This document shows, piece after piece, positions 9,631 through 20,856 of a stretch of DNA of 64,000 nt. How positions within the stretch are numbered: position 1 is the first letter of the stretch; every line of letters begins with the position of its first letter. A program made the translations under genes and the position numbers. Source of the stretch: Longimicrobiales bacterium (GTDB taxonomy: Bacteria > Gemmatimonadota > Gemmatimonadetes > Longimicrobiales > Gaopeijiaceae); NCBI GenBank assembly GCA_963664435.2, contig CAXXKM010000001.1, positions 288,001-352,000 on the forward strand. Reading direction: 5' to 3'. The notes under the pieces were generated by a model. That model was not told the DNA's origin. It saw only the letters and a program-made list of their open reading frames with translations, and made no database searches.

Positions 9631-11088
9631 ATGAAGGTTCCTGTACACAGCGTCCCCCGGATCCTCGGCTCCGCCTGCCTCGCGGCGCTACCCGCGCTCG
9701 GCGGGTGCGGCGATCCCTCTCCGGGCGACGAAATCGTCGCGCGCGCCGCCGGCTACGAACTGTCCGTGGACCAGACCGCCGATCTGCTCGCGCGCCAGGC
9801 GCAGCTTCCCGACCAGGCCGACGTGGTCGAGGCCATCGCGGGCCTCTGGATCGACTACACCCTGTTCGCCGTCGCCGTCCTGGAAGACTCGACCTTCCAG
9901 CACATCGACCTGCTCCCGCTGGTGAGGCAGGAGATCGAGCAGGAGCTGGTGGCGCGCCTGCGCGCGCGCGTGATCCAGGTGGACACCGCCTTCACCGAAG
10001 AACAGCTGCGCCAGATCTACGAAGAGCAGGCGGCAGGGGTGGAACTGCGCGCGCGCCATATCCTCCTTTCGCTCGATCCGGGGGCGGACGCCCCCACCGC
10101 CGACAGCGTCATGGAGTTCGCTTCGGGCCTGCGCGAGCGAATCCTGGCGGGAGAGGATTTCGCGACCCTGGCCGGTGAGTTCAGCCAGGATCCGGGGACG
10201 GCGATCCAGGGCGGAGACCTGGGCTCCTTCCGGCGCGGCCAGATGGTTCCGGCCTTCGACTCGGCAGCCTTCGCGCTGGCGCCCGGGGAAGTAAGCGGTC
10301 CGGTGCGCACGGGTTTCGGGGTCCACATCCTGCAGGTCGACGAGCGGATCCAGCTCCCCTTCGAAGAGGCGCGCTCCCAGTTCGAGCCGCAGCTCAAGCT
10401 GGGCCTCGTCAGCCAGGCCGAGGAGGCCTACCTGGGGCGGGTCATGAGCCGCGCCGAAATGGAGCCCGTCGACGGGGGCGCCGAGATCGCCCGTCAGTTG
10501 GCCGCGCGTCCCAGCCAGCGCCTGAGCAACCGGGCTGCCGGCCGCGAACTCTTCCGCTTCGAGGGGGGCGCATACACGGCAGCCGACTTCCACCGCTTCC
10601 TGAGCGAGCAGGGACCTCCCCTCCGCGCACAGGTGCGCAACGCCACCGACGACCAGCTGACCGGGCTCCTCGGAAACCTCGCGCAAAGCAAGGTCCTGGT
10701 GAACGAGGCGGAGCAGGCCGGCATCTCGCTCAGCGATGCCGAGCAGGACTCGCTGCTCGTGGTCGCCCGCACCCGTTTCACGCGCGCGGCCCGCGACCTG
10801 GAGCTGACCAGCCTGACGCCGGCGGAGGGGGAATCGACGCAGGACGCCGTCGAGGCCCTCGTGCGCGGCGTAATGCAGCGCATCGTCGACGGAGACGAAA
10901 ACATTCCGGCCCTCGGACATCTCTCGTTCGCGCTGCGTGAGGAATATCGATCCGACGTGTACGAGAACAACTTCAACGCGGTGACGCAGCGCACCAGCGA
11001 GTTCAGGGTGATCCGGGGCCGCTCCCAGCCGATCCAGCCCCCGGACTCCCCGGTCGTGGCTCCCAACGCGCCGCCGCCCGGCAGTTGA
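9631..11088 (+). CDS. Parvulin/PpiC-type peptidyl-prolyl isomerase, probable lipoprotein
   Basis: ARHILL, FSQDPG..GGDLG, MVPAFDSAAF, GFGVHIL; lipobox-like ALGGC. Confidence 0.88.
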   Translation: MKVPVHSVPRILGSACLAALPALGGCGDPSPGDEIVARAAGYELSVDQTADLLARQAQLPDQADVVEAIAGLWIDYTLFAVAVLEDSTFQHIDLLPLVRQEIEQELVARLRARVIQVDTAFTEEQLRQIYEEQAAGVELRARHILLSLDPGADAPTADSVMEFASGLRERILAGEDFATLAGEFSQDPGTAIQGGDLGSFRRGQMVPAFDSAAFALAPGEVSGPVRTGFGVHILQVDERIQLPFEEARSQFEPQLKLGLVSQAEEAYLGRVMSRAEMEPVDGGAEIARQLAARPSQRLSNRAAGRELFRFEGGAYTAADFHRFLSEQGPPLRAQVRNATDDQLTGLLGNLAQSKVLVNEAEQAGISLSDAEQDSLLVVARTRFTRAARDLELTSLTPAEGESTQDAVEALVRGVMQRIVDGDENIPALGHLSFALREEYRSDVYENNFNAVTQRTSEFRVIRGRSQPIQPPDSPVVAPNAPPPGS

Positions 11089-11240
11089 AGGCGATGCCCA
11101 GGCAGGTGTCCCCGAAACCTCCGGATCCCGCCGCCGCGCGCTCCGGAACCCGTCGCCAGCGGGGGGTTTACACGGGATCGGAGCGCGGATGTGCGTTCCG
11201 TCCCCCGCTCGATCCCCCGATCTCCGCAGGTCCATACGGT

Positions 11241-12587
11241 ATGATGAAGTCTCTTCTTCCGACCCCTGGCCGCCCTTCCGCGCGGCATCTCCTCATCCTC
11301 GCACTGCTCTTCTGCCCGGCCCTGGCGGGGGCACAGGAGCCGGGACCCCTCCCGGAAGTCGTTGACGGCGTCGTGGCGATCGCCGGCGATTCGGTGATCC
11401 TGCGATCCGAGGTGCAGGAACGCCTGCTCCAGATGCGCGCCAGCGGGGCGCCCATGCCGGAGGATCCGGCGGGCATCATGCAGCTTCAGGATGAACTCGT
11501 CGAATCCCTGATCAACGAACAGCTTCTGCTGCAGGCGGCCGAGGGCGACAGCACCATCGTCGTCTCAGACGAGGAACTGGAAGCCATCGTCCAGCAGGAC
11601 CTGGACGAGCGAATACGCAACGTCGGAGGAATGGGGCAGCTGGTGGCCCTGCTCAGCGAACAGGGACTGAACCTCATCAGCTATCGCGAAATGCTGAAGG
11701 AGCAGGCGCGCCGGCAGCGCCTGCAGTCGCTCTGGATCGGGAGGAGACGCGCGGACATCGGTCCCATCGTGGTGACCGAAGGGGAGGTGCGCGAGTTCAT
11801 CGACGCCCAGCGCGACCAGCTCCCCAGGCGCCCCGCCTCCATCATCTTCCGCCAGGTTCTCGTGCGCGCGGAGCCATCCGACTCCACCCGCGAGGCGGCT
11901 CGGCTGGAGGCGGAGCGCCTGCTCGGGCTCATCAGCGAGGGAGAGGACTTCGAGGAACTTGCCCGCCGGTATTCCCGGGATCCGTCGAGCGCGACGCAGG
12001 GCGGGGACCTGGGATGGTTCCCCCGGGGACGCATGGTGCGCGAGTTCGAGGACGCCGCCTTCGGGATGTTCCAGGAGGGACAGGTGAGCGACGTGGTCGA
12101 GACCGACTTCGGCGCGCACATCATCCGCGTCGACCGCATCAGCCTCGGGGAACGGAGGGCGCGGCACATCCTCATCACCGCCGAGACCAACCCGACCGAC
12201 GAGGAGGCCGCGCAGCTGCTGGCGGGCGAGATTCTCGAGCGGGCACGGGCCGGCGAATCCATGAGAGCGCTTCACGAGGAGTACGGCTACAAGGCCCAGC
12301 CGCCGCTGGATTCGCTTCAGGTCTTCACGCCCCAGCTGCAATCGCTCCCCCCGGGGTACGTGGCCGAAATCGGGTCCGCTGCGGACGGGGACGTCGTCGG
12401 ACCCATCGAGTTCGACGACCGCGGAACGGTGTTCGCGGTGGTCAAGGTCCTCGAGACACGGCCGGAGGGCGACTACACCTATGACGATCTGCGGACCCGC
12501 GTGGAGGACCAGCTGCGCGAGACCAAGGTGCTCGACGAGATCATCGAAGAGCTGCGCGCACGAGCGCATGTCGAGCTGCGGCCCTGA
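11241..12587 (+). CDS. surA: SurA-like periplasmic chaperone/PPIase
   Basis: Signal peptide; VVDGVVAIAGDSVILRSEV (SurA N-terminus); parvulin YSRDP..GGDLGW..MVREFEDAAF; lies upstream of pdxA. Start chosen at ATG 11241. Confidence 0.8.
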   Translation: MMKSLLPTPGRPSARHLLILALLFCPALAGAQEPGPLPEVVDGVVAIAGDSVILRSEVQERLLQMRASGAPMPEDPAGIMQLQDELVESLINEQLLLQAAEGDSTIVVSDEELEAIVQQDLDERIRNVGGMGQLVALLSEQGLNLISYREMLKEQARRQRLQSLWIGRRRADIGPIVVTEGEVREFIDAQRDQLPRRPASIIFRQVLVRAEPSDSTREAARLEAERLLGLISEGEDFEELARRYSRDPSSATQGGDLGWFPRGRMVREFEDAAFGMFQEGQVSDVVETDFGAHIIRVDRISLGERRARHILITAETNPTDEEAAQLLAGEILERARAGESMRALHEEYGYKAQPPLDSLQVFTPQLQSLPPGYVAEIGSAADGDVVGPIEFDDRGTVFAVVKVLETRPEGDYTYDDLRTRVEDQLRETKVLDEIIEELRARAHVELRP

Positions 12588-12631
12588 GCGGCCCCACCTG
12601 ATCGCGCGCTGCGCACCGCACCAGGACTGAC

Positions 12632-13632
12632 GTGACCTCTTATTCCGCCCCCCCATCCGCGCGACTCGCCGTGACCCTCGGTGACCCGCGCGGCATCGGG
12701 CCCGAAGTGATGTCCGTGGCCGCCCGCCGCTTCCTGGACGAGGACCCGGGCGTCGAGCTGCTCGTGCTGGGACCGGCCGGGTCGGACCCGGGCGTGGGCG
12801 AGTACCGGCCCATGGGCGAGTGGGACGGCTCGGAGGTGAGCGCGGGAGCAGTGTCGTTCGCGGCGCTGGAGACCGCGGTAGAGCTGGCGACCGCAGGGGT
12901 GGTGGCCGGGATTGTGACCGGGCCGGTGCACAAGCCCGCGCTGCAGGCGGCCGGGAGCCGCCACCCCGGCCAGACCGAGCTGTTGCAGGCGCTCGCCGGG
13001 GCGGACGAATCCGGAATGCTCATGTGTGCCGAGCGGACGCGCCTTGGGGCTCCTCTGCGGGTTCTGCTGGCCACCCGGCACATCCCGCTGGCGGGGGTCG
13101 CTTCGCACGTAACGATAGACCTGCTCGTTCGGCAGACCCGCCTGCTGCTCAGGGGACTGCGGACGGACTGGGCCATCGTCGAGCCGCGGGTCGCGCTGTG
13201 CGCGCTCAACCCGCACGCCTCCGATGGCGGCCTCTTCGGGGACGAGGAGGAGAGGGTGTACGCGCCGCGCTCGAGGCCCTGGCGGGCGCAGTCGGAAGGG
13301 TGGCCGGCCCTCTCCCCGCCGACACCGTGTTCGTGCGCGCGCTTCGGGGCGAGTTCGACGCGGTCGTAGCCCCCTACCACGATGTGGCGATGGCGGCCCT
13401 CAAGACGGTCTCTTTCGGTACCGGCGTGAACGTCACCCTGGGGCTGCCCTTCGTGCGCACCTCCCCCGATCACGGCACCGCTTTCGACATCGCCGGCCGC
13501 GGCGTGGCGGACGCCTCCTCCGCGCTGGAGGCAATGCGCCTTGCGAGCCGCGTGGCCGTCAACCGGGCGGCGGCCTCCGGGGGCGCCGGAGGGCAAGGAG
13601 ACCGGGCCGCGGCGCTCCCCGCGACCCCGTGA
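12632..13632 (+). pseudogene. pdxA: 4-hydroxythreonine-4-phosphate dehydrogenase, frameshifted near 13267
   Basis: N-half ([29 protein letters not shown]) is in the frame of 12632. C-half ([36 protein letters not shown]) is in the frame of 12820. One inserted base rejoins them, so this may be a sequencing error. Confidence 0.85.
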
Positions 13633-14771
13633 CCCTGCCGCCGGTCGCGGGGCACGAGCCGACCCGCTCGACCTTCGCCGGAGCGCACGCCAGAGACTCT
13701 CTCCCCGCCGCGCTCCTGATCCATGGCCTGGCTGGAACCGGCAAGCAACGCATCGCCCTCTGGCTCGGCCAGCTGCTTCACTGCGAAGCCCCGGACGCCC
13801 GGGGCCCGTGCGCCCGCTGCCGGGCCTGCCGGATGGCGGTCGGGCTGCAGCACCCCGACCTGCACTGGTTCTTCCCCCTGCCCCGCCCCAAGCGCGCCAG
13901 CGGAGCGGAGCGGATGGTGGCCGCCCTGGAGGAGGCGCGCGCGGCCGCCCTGGAAACCATCCGGCGCGAGCCCCTCCGCCCCACCCCCGGTGGCCAGCCG
14001 CGAGGCATCTACCTGGGTGCGGTCACCACCATTCGGCGCATGGCCCTCAAGCGCCCGTCCCTGGGCGAGCGACAGGTCTTCGTCATCGGCAACGCGGAGG
14101 AACTCATCCCCCAGGAAGCCAGCGACCAGGCCGCCAACGCGCTGCTGAAGCTTCTGGAGGAGCCGCCGGCCGGCACGACCTTCATCCTCACTTCCAGCGA
14201 GCCGGGCCGGCTGCTCCCCACGACCCGGTCGCGCACGGTCCCCTTCCACCTGGGCCCCCTGCCCCGCGAGCGGGTGGAGCGCTTCCTGGTGGAGGCCGCC
14301 GGAGCGTCCCCCACCGACGCCCGTCTGGCCGCGGCGCTGTCACGCGGGTCGATCGGGCGCGGCCTGGCGTACCTGCCCGCGGACGGCGAGCCGGGCCCGC
14401 TCGAGCGCGAGCGGGCCAAGGCGCGCGGCCTGCTGGAGGCCACCCTGGACGGCGGCATCGGCGCCGCGGCGGCGGCAGCGAGCGGGGTCGGCGTGTCGGG
14501 CGCGCGCGGAATGCTCGGTCTGCTTGGCGCGCTCGAGGACTGGCTGCGCGACCTGGCAGCCGTGGCGACCGGCGCACCGGCCTTCAACCATGACGCCGGC
14601 CCGTTTCTCGAGCAGGCGGTCGCGCGGCGGAGCATACACCCGGCTGGAGTCGCGCGCGCGGTTGCGGAGGTGGAGCAGGCCAAGCACCTCGCTGCCGCCA
14701 ACGTGAACCCCCAGCTGCTCGTCTACGGCATGGTGCGCGACGCGTCAGCGGCCCTGGAGACACGCACATGA
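13629..14771 (+). CDS. holB: DNA polymerase III delta-prime subunit-like protein
   Basis: GTG overlaps the pdxA stop. [46 protein letters not shown]. Confidence 0.85.
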   Translation: MTLPPVAGHEPTRSTFAGAHARDSLPAALLIHGLAGTGKQRIALWLGQLLHCEAPDARGPCARCRACRMAVGLQHPDLHWFFPLPRPKRASGAERMVAALEEARAAALETIRREPLRPTPGGQPRGIYLGAVTTIRRMALKRPSLGERQVFVIGNAEELIPQEASDQAANALLKLLEEPPAGTTFILTSSEPGRLLPTTRSRTVPFHLGPLPRERVERFLVEAAGASPTDARLAAALSRGSIGRGLAYLPADGEPGPLERERAKARGLLEATLDGGIGAAAAAASGVGVSGARGMLGLLGALEDWLRDLAAVATGAPAFNHDAGPFLEQAVARRSIHPAGVARAVAEVEQAKHLAAANVNPQLLVYGMVRDASAALETRT

Positions 14772-15262
14772 GCGATTCGCCGAAACTTACGCACCTCGAC
14801 GCGCGCGGCCGGCCGCGCATGGTCGACGTCAGCGACAAGCCGGGGACCCGGCGCACCGCCGTGGCCGAGGGCCGCATCAGCATGGCGCCCGCGACCCTCG
14901 CTGCGATCGAGGAGGGTGAAGTCGCCAAGGGCAACGTCCTGCGCGTGGCCGAGCTGGCCGGCGTCATGGCCGGCAAGCGGACCGGCGAACTCATCCCCCT
15001 GTGCCACATCCTTCCCGCCGCCTCCATCCGGGTGGAGGTGGCGCCCGACCCCGACCTCCCGGGGATTCGCGCCCGCGCGGTCGCCCGCATCGCAGGCCGG
15101 ACCGGGGTCGAGATGGAGGCGCTCACCGCGGTGTCGGTGGCGCTGCTGACGGTCTACGACATGGCCAAGGCGGTCGACCGCGGGATGGTCATCGAGGGGG
15201 TGCGGCTACTGCGCAAGGAAGGGGGACGCTCCGGCGTCTGGCAGGTCGGGCGCGCCGGGTGA
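14768..15262 (+). CDS. moaC: Cyclic pyranopterin monophosphate synthase
   Basis: [35 protein letters not shown]. Confidence 0.96.
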   Translation: MSDSPKLTHLDARGRPRMVDVSDKPGTRRTAVAEGRISMAPATLAAIEEGEVAKGNVLRVAELAGVMAGKRTGELIPLCHILPAASIRVEVAPDPDLPGIRARAVARIAGRTGVEMEALTAVSVALLTVYDMAKAVDRGMVIEGVRLLRKEGGRSGVWQVGRAG

Positions 15263-15292
15263 GGAGGGCGTGGCCTGGTGGCCCGCCGACAG

Positions 15293-16675
15293 CTAGGGGT
15301 TCCCCTCGCCGGCCAGCGCCCGGCGCAGCCGGGGCACCACCACCGTCTGCCCGATCTGCAGATAGCGCGGGCGCAGTCCCGGGTTGGTGGCGATCAGCTC
15401 GGAAAGCCGAACGCCGTAGATCTCGGCGATGTGGCCGAGCGTCTCGCCCGCGCTGATGGTGTGCTCCACGATGGTCAGGCGCTCCTCTGTGGGGATCGCC
15501 GAGTAGTTGCGCTCGAAGGTGGGCACCGTCCCCGCAGGCAAACGCAGCACCGTCGGGATGTGGGCCGGAACGATCCGAAGCGGCAGGTGAGGGTTCAGGA
15601 CCAGGATCTCGTCCTCGGGGACGCCCGCCGCCTGCGCCACCACGTCCAGCGAGGTCGCGTCCGGCACCGTCACCTCGTCGAATTCCAGCACGGGTTCGGG
15701 CGCCAGGCCGTTGATGCCGAACGCCCCGGGGTCTTCCGCGATCTCGGCGACCGCCAGGAACTTGGGGATGAAGTGGCGCGTTTCCCGCGGCAACCGGTCG
15801 CGGATCGCCAGGAAGGCGCTGTCGCCGCGCGCTCCGGAATTGTGCTGGCGCAACAACCGGGCGACGCGGTTGGGGCCCCCGTTGTAGGCGGCCAGCGCCA
15901 GGAACCATGAATCAAAGCGCTCGTGCAGTTCGCCCAGCATGTCCAGAGCGGCCTCGGTCGCCGCCACCGGGTCCCGCCGCTCGTCCACCAGCGAGTTCAC
16001 CGTGAGCCCGCGCTCGCGTGCGGTGCCGGGCATGAACTGCCACATGCCGGCGGCGCCCACGCGGCTGTACGCGCGAGGGTTGTAGTGGCTCTCCGCGATG
16101 GGCAGATAGCGGAGGCTGCGGGGCAGGCCCCGTTCCTCCAGCGCGGCATCCACCATGCCCCCGTAGCGACCCATGCGCTCGAGCGAGAGCCGAAGGTGAC
16201 GACCGTATTCGTCCAGCCAGTTGTCCAACCACTCGTCCAGATGGTCCGCGAGTTCGTCGTGGGCAGCGGCGGGAGAGCCGGTGACGGCATCCACGGGGAC
16301 GGGCTCCGGTTCGGGCTCCGGTTCGGGCTCCGGTTCGGGCTCCGGAGGCGCCTCCACCTCCGGTGCCGGTGTCGGCTCGACCGCCGGTTCAGGAGCGGGC
16401 GATCGCGCCGCCAGGGTCTGTTCCCCGGCCAGCGCGGCGGGCCTCGCCTCCGCCTCCGCCTCCGCCGGCAACCCGGCTGCGGAGGGAGCCGCGGGCATCT
16501 CGACCGGCGTCCGGTTCGGCCCGGGGAAGCAGCCCGACGAAACCCAGGCCACCCCGGAGATGACAACCAGGCGACGCGCTGTCCCTGCCCATCGGCCCGC
16601 GTTGCCGGAGCCCCGGCCACCCTTCCTCCCGCCCCTGCTCGACCTCTCCCGGTACCCGCCCACGCCTCGGATCAT
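15293..16675 (-). CDS. MltD-like lytic transglycosylase with LysM, probable lipoprotein
   Basis: AESHYNP, GAAGMWQFMP, LAAYNGG, ETRHF; C-terminal HTISAGETLGHIA LysM. Start codon uncertain. Confidence 0.88.
   Translation of the reverse strand: MIRGVGGYRERSSRGGRKGGRGSGNAGRWAGTARRLVVISGVAWVSSGCFPGPNRTPVEMPAAPSAAGLPAEAEAEARPAALAGEQTLAARSPAPEPAVEPTPAPEVEAPPEPEPEPEPEPEPEPVPVDAVTGSPAAAHDELADHLDEWLDNWLDEYGRHLRLSLERMGRYGGMVDAALEERGLPRSLRYLPIAESHYNPRAYSRVGAAGMWQFMPGTARERGLTVNSLVDERRDPVAATEAALDMLGELHERFDSWFLALAAYNGGPNRVARLLRQHNSGARGDSAFLAIRDRLPRETRHFIPKFLAVAEIAEDPGAFGINGLAPEPVLEFDEVTVPDATSLDVVAQAAGVPEDEILVLNPHLPLRIVPAHIPTVLRLPAGTVPTFERNYSAIPTEERLTIVEHTISAGETLGHIAEIYGVRLSELIATNPGLRPRYLQIGQTVVVPRLRRALAGEGNP
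16301..16345 (-). repeat. 12-bp tandem repeat encoding a (PE)n linker
   Basis: GGGCTCCGGTTC repeated about 3.7 times; encodes PEPEPEPEPEPEPEP. Confidence 0.85.
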
Positions 16676-16705
16676 TTCAGTCTTCCGTGCATTCAGTACG
16701 GTTTT

Positions 16706-16747
16706 CCGCGACTCGGGACGTCCCGCGAGTCGGGACTTCCCGCGAAT

Positions 16748-16749
<2 letters not shown>
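16706..16749. repeat. 17-bp tandem repeat (about 2.5 copies) with internal hairpin downstream of guaB
   Basis: CCGCGACTCGGGACGTC / CCGCGAGTCGGGACTTC / CCGCGAATTC. CGACTC-GGGACGTCCC-GC-GAGTCG can fold. Confidence 0.6.
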
Positions 16750-18334
<1,585 letters not shown>

Positions 18335-18374
18335 TCAAGCGCCGGCCGCCGCGGCGGGGCTGCGACCCGGACGA

Positions 18375-18803
18375 CTACTCGGAGGGACCTTCGTCCTCAC
18401 TCGGGGAAGCGCCACGGGTATCGTCGTCGCGACGGATCGCGCCGGCGCCCTCCCTGCGCCTCCCGGCGCCCTCCCTGCGCTCTCCGGAGCCTCCCTCGCG
18501 CTCATCGGAGCCGTTCAGATCCCTCAGAAACTTCTGTCCGGCCGCCGAGACGTTGGAGAGGCCGCGATCCGCAGCCGCGAGGAGCTGAAAGGCCTCACGG
18601 ATGACGGCAGGCCTGACGGTGCGCTTGCGCAGGCTGTCCTCGAGCTTCTCGGCGAAGCGCTGGAACCCGGTGGGCTCCTGCTCCTCTTCCCGATCACCGT
18701 ACTTCTCCTCCAGGAACTCGATGTAGTCCAGAACCTGGTAGATCTGCCGGTCCGGCAGGCTCTCGATCCTTCTCAGCAGCCGGTTGCGCAGGGCATCATG
18801 CAT
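18375..18803 (-). CDS. Conserved hypothetical protein (DUF2281-like N-terminus)
   Basis: RLLRRIESLPDRQIYQVLDYIEFLEEKY. Low-complexity C-terminus containing a 21-bp tandem repeat (18442-18483). Confidence 0.7.
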   Translation of the reverse strand: MHDALRNRLLRRIESLPDRQIYQVLDYIEFLEEKYGDREEEQEPTGFQRFAEKLEDSLRKRTVRPAVIREAFQLLAAADRGLSNVSAAGQKFLRDLNGSDEREGGSGERREGAGRRREGAGAIRRDDDTRGASPSEDEGPSE

Positions 18804-19086
18804 TTCGCGTTCATCCTTTTCCGAGTCGTGCGCATCCTACGGAGGGCTCACGTGTCGGGTTCCCGGCGCGGACCGCCCGGCATCCCGATCCCGGTACACC
18901 GACGCCCGCCGATGCGAACGCGGGCGTTCCCGATGCAGGCCGGGGAACACTTCCCTTCCAGACCTTGCTGCGGGTCCGGAACCGCGTATCCTTCTGGCAG
19001 GGCCGGAGCGTCCCGGCAATCCTCCGCGACACCGTCCCGTGATGTGCGCGGCTTCAACATACATCCGAACGCCGGAATTCGCGTAG

Positions 19087-19929
19087 ATGGCCTACCTGCC
19101 CCTGAGAAGCGTTCCCGTCACCGGCGAGGCGAAGGAGGTCTACCACCGCTGGCTGCAGGGCATCGACGACGAGCTGTCGCGGCCCGACTGCGACCGGCGG
19201 GAGCTCTGCCGGCGGGTGCTGACGGACATCTATCGTCCGTGGGGAGCCGCGGCCGCAAGCCTGTCGCGACTCTTCGGGGAGGCTCTGAACGACACCGAGC
19301 GCGTCCAGCTCCTGCAGATGGATTCGGCCAACGTCACCGTCGAACCGGAGCACTACGCCGACATCGACACGGAGCGGTACGCCCGGGTCAAGCCCCTGCT
19401 CTGGATGTGGGAGATGTTCGACCGGAGCCCGCTGGGTGAGAACGTGTACCTGGGCGTGCTCTTCCGGCGCATCCTGGCCCGGCGCATCTTCCGCCGCTGC
19501 GGCAGGGACTTCAAGGCGTTCCACCAGGTCAGGTTCTCCTGCGGCTACAACATGGAGGTCGGAGACGGCGTCGTCGTGCACCGGCACGTGCTTCTCGATG
19601 ACCGGGGCGGAATCCGGCTCGGGGACGGCGCCTCGGTTTCCGACTATTCGAACATCTACAGCCACAGCCACGATGTCGTGAACTCGCCCGAGATCACGAA
19701 CCGGATGACGGTGGTCGGGGCCGGCGTGCGCATCGCGTACCACGCCACCATCCTCACCGGCGTGACCCTCGCCAACGACAGCATGATCGGCGCGGGCGCG
19801 GTGGTGTCCAGGGACACGGAGGCCAGCGCGATCTACGCGGGGATTCCGGCCAAGCTGGTGCGAAGGAAGCCCGATCTGCCCAGGAAAACCGCGCCGTCCG
19901 ATCCGTTCGCGGGGATGTTCAACGGGTAG
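19087..19929 (+). CDS. Hexapeptide-repeat (LbetaH) acyltransferase
   Basis: VGDGVVV, LGDGASV, VGAGVRI, IGAGAVV..GIPAKLVR. Confidence 0.85.
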   Translation: MAYLPLRSVPVTGEAKEVYHRWLQGIDDELSRPDCDRRELCRRVLTDIYRPWGAAAASLSRLFGEALNDTERVQLLQMDSANVTVEPEHYADIDTERYARVKPLLWMWEMFDRSPLGENVYLGVLFRRILARRIFRRCGRDFKAFHQVRFSCGYNMEVGDGVVVHRHVLLDDRGGIRLGDGASVSDYSNIYSHSHDVVNSPEITNRMTVVGAGVRIAYHATILTGVTLANDSMIGAGAVVSRDTEASAIYAGIPAKLVRRKPDLPRKTAPSDPFAGMFNG

Positions 19930-19941
19930 GATCGCTCCTAC

Positions 19942-20838
19942 ATGCTACAGCACTTCGACGAACGCAACCGTGACCTGATCGTCAACGTCAACGGCCGGCT
20001 CCTGCACCGGGACGAAGCCGGGGTCAGCCCGTTCGACTCGGTCGTCCAGGGCGGCGACGCGGTCTGGGAGGGACTCAGGCTCTACGATGGACGCATCTTC
20101 AAACTGGAGGAGCACCTGGCGCGGCTGCGCTCCTCCGCGCTCGCGCTCGCCTTCGCGGAGATTCCCTCCGGGGAGGCGATCGTCGAGGAGATCCGGCGCA
20201 CGCTCGCCGCGAACCGGATGCGCGACGGCGTCCACATCCGGCTGACGCTCACGCGGGGCGTGAAGTACACGAGCGGCATGGATCCCCGCCTCAACCGGTC
20301 CGGTCCCACGCTGATCGTGCTGGCGGAGCACAAGGCGCCCGTTTACGACCGTTCGGGACTTCGTCTCGTTACCAGCTCCCTCCGGCGGTTCGCCCCGGAC
20401 GCGCTCGATCCCAGGATCCACCACGCCAACCTGCTCCAGTCGATCCTCGCCAAGATCGAGGCCAACGCCGCGGGCGCCGACGACGCGCTCATGCTCGACC
20501 GGCGCGGGTTCATCGCCGAGACCAACGCCACCAACTTCTTCATCGTGACCGGCGGGGTCGTAATGACCAGCCGGGCCGTGGCATGTCCCGAAGGGATCAC
20601 GCGCGCGACCGTCATGGAGCTGTGCGGCGAGAACGGAATCCCCTCGCGGGCGAAGGACCTTTCCCTGACGGAAGCGTACCGTGCCGAAGAGGCCTTCTGC
20701 ACTGGTACGATGGGCGAGCTGGCCAGCGTCACGGAGATCGATGGGCGGACCATCGGCGACGGTGAGCCGGGGTCGATGACGGCGCGGTTGAGCGAGCTGT
20801 TCCGCGAGCTGACGGGCCGCGCGGGAACAGCGATCTGA
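19942..20838 (+). CDS. PLP-dependent class IV aminotransferase (IlvE/D-amino acid aminotransferase-like)
   Basis: GDAVWEGLRLY, HLARL, ETNATNFF, EGITR, EAFCTGT. The expected catalytic Lys region reads RIHHAN. Confidence 0.85.
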   Translation: MLQHFDERNRDLIVNVNGRLLHRDEAGVSPFDSVVQGGDAVWEGLRLYDGRIFKLEEHLARLRSSALALAFAEIPSGEAIVEEIRRTLAANRMRDGVHIRLTLTRGVKYTSGMDPRLNRSGPTLIVLAEHKAPVYDRSGLRLVTSSLRRFAPDALDPRIHHANLLQSILAKIEANAAGADDALMLDRRGFIAETNATNFFIVTGGVVMTSRAVACPEGITRATVMELCGENGIPSRAKDLSLTEAYRAEEAFCTGTMGELASVTEIDGRTIGDGEPGSMTARLSELFRELTGRAGTAI

Positions 20839-20856
20839 TCCACCCCCCAACCATCG

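Noticed and set aside
18804..19086. Structured ncRNA (e.g. 6S) in the divergent intergenic region
   Set aside because: Only short local GC hairpins; no long-range pairing or recognisable motif.
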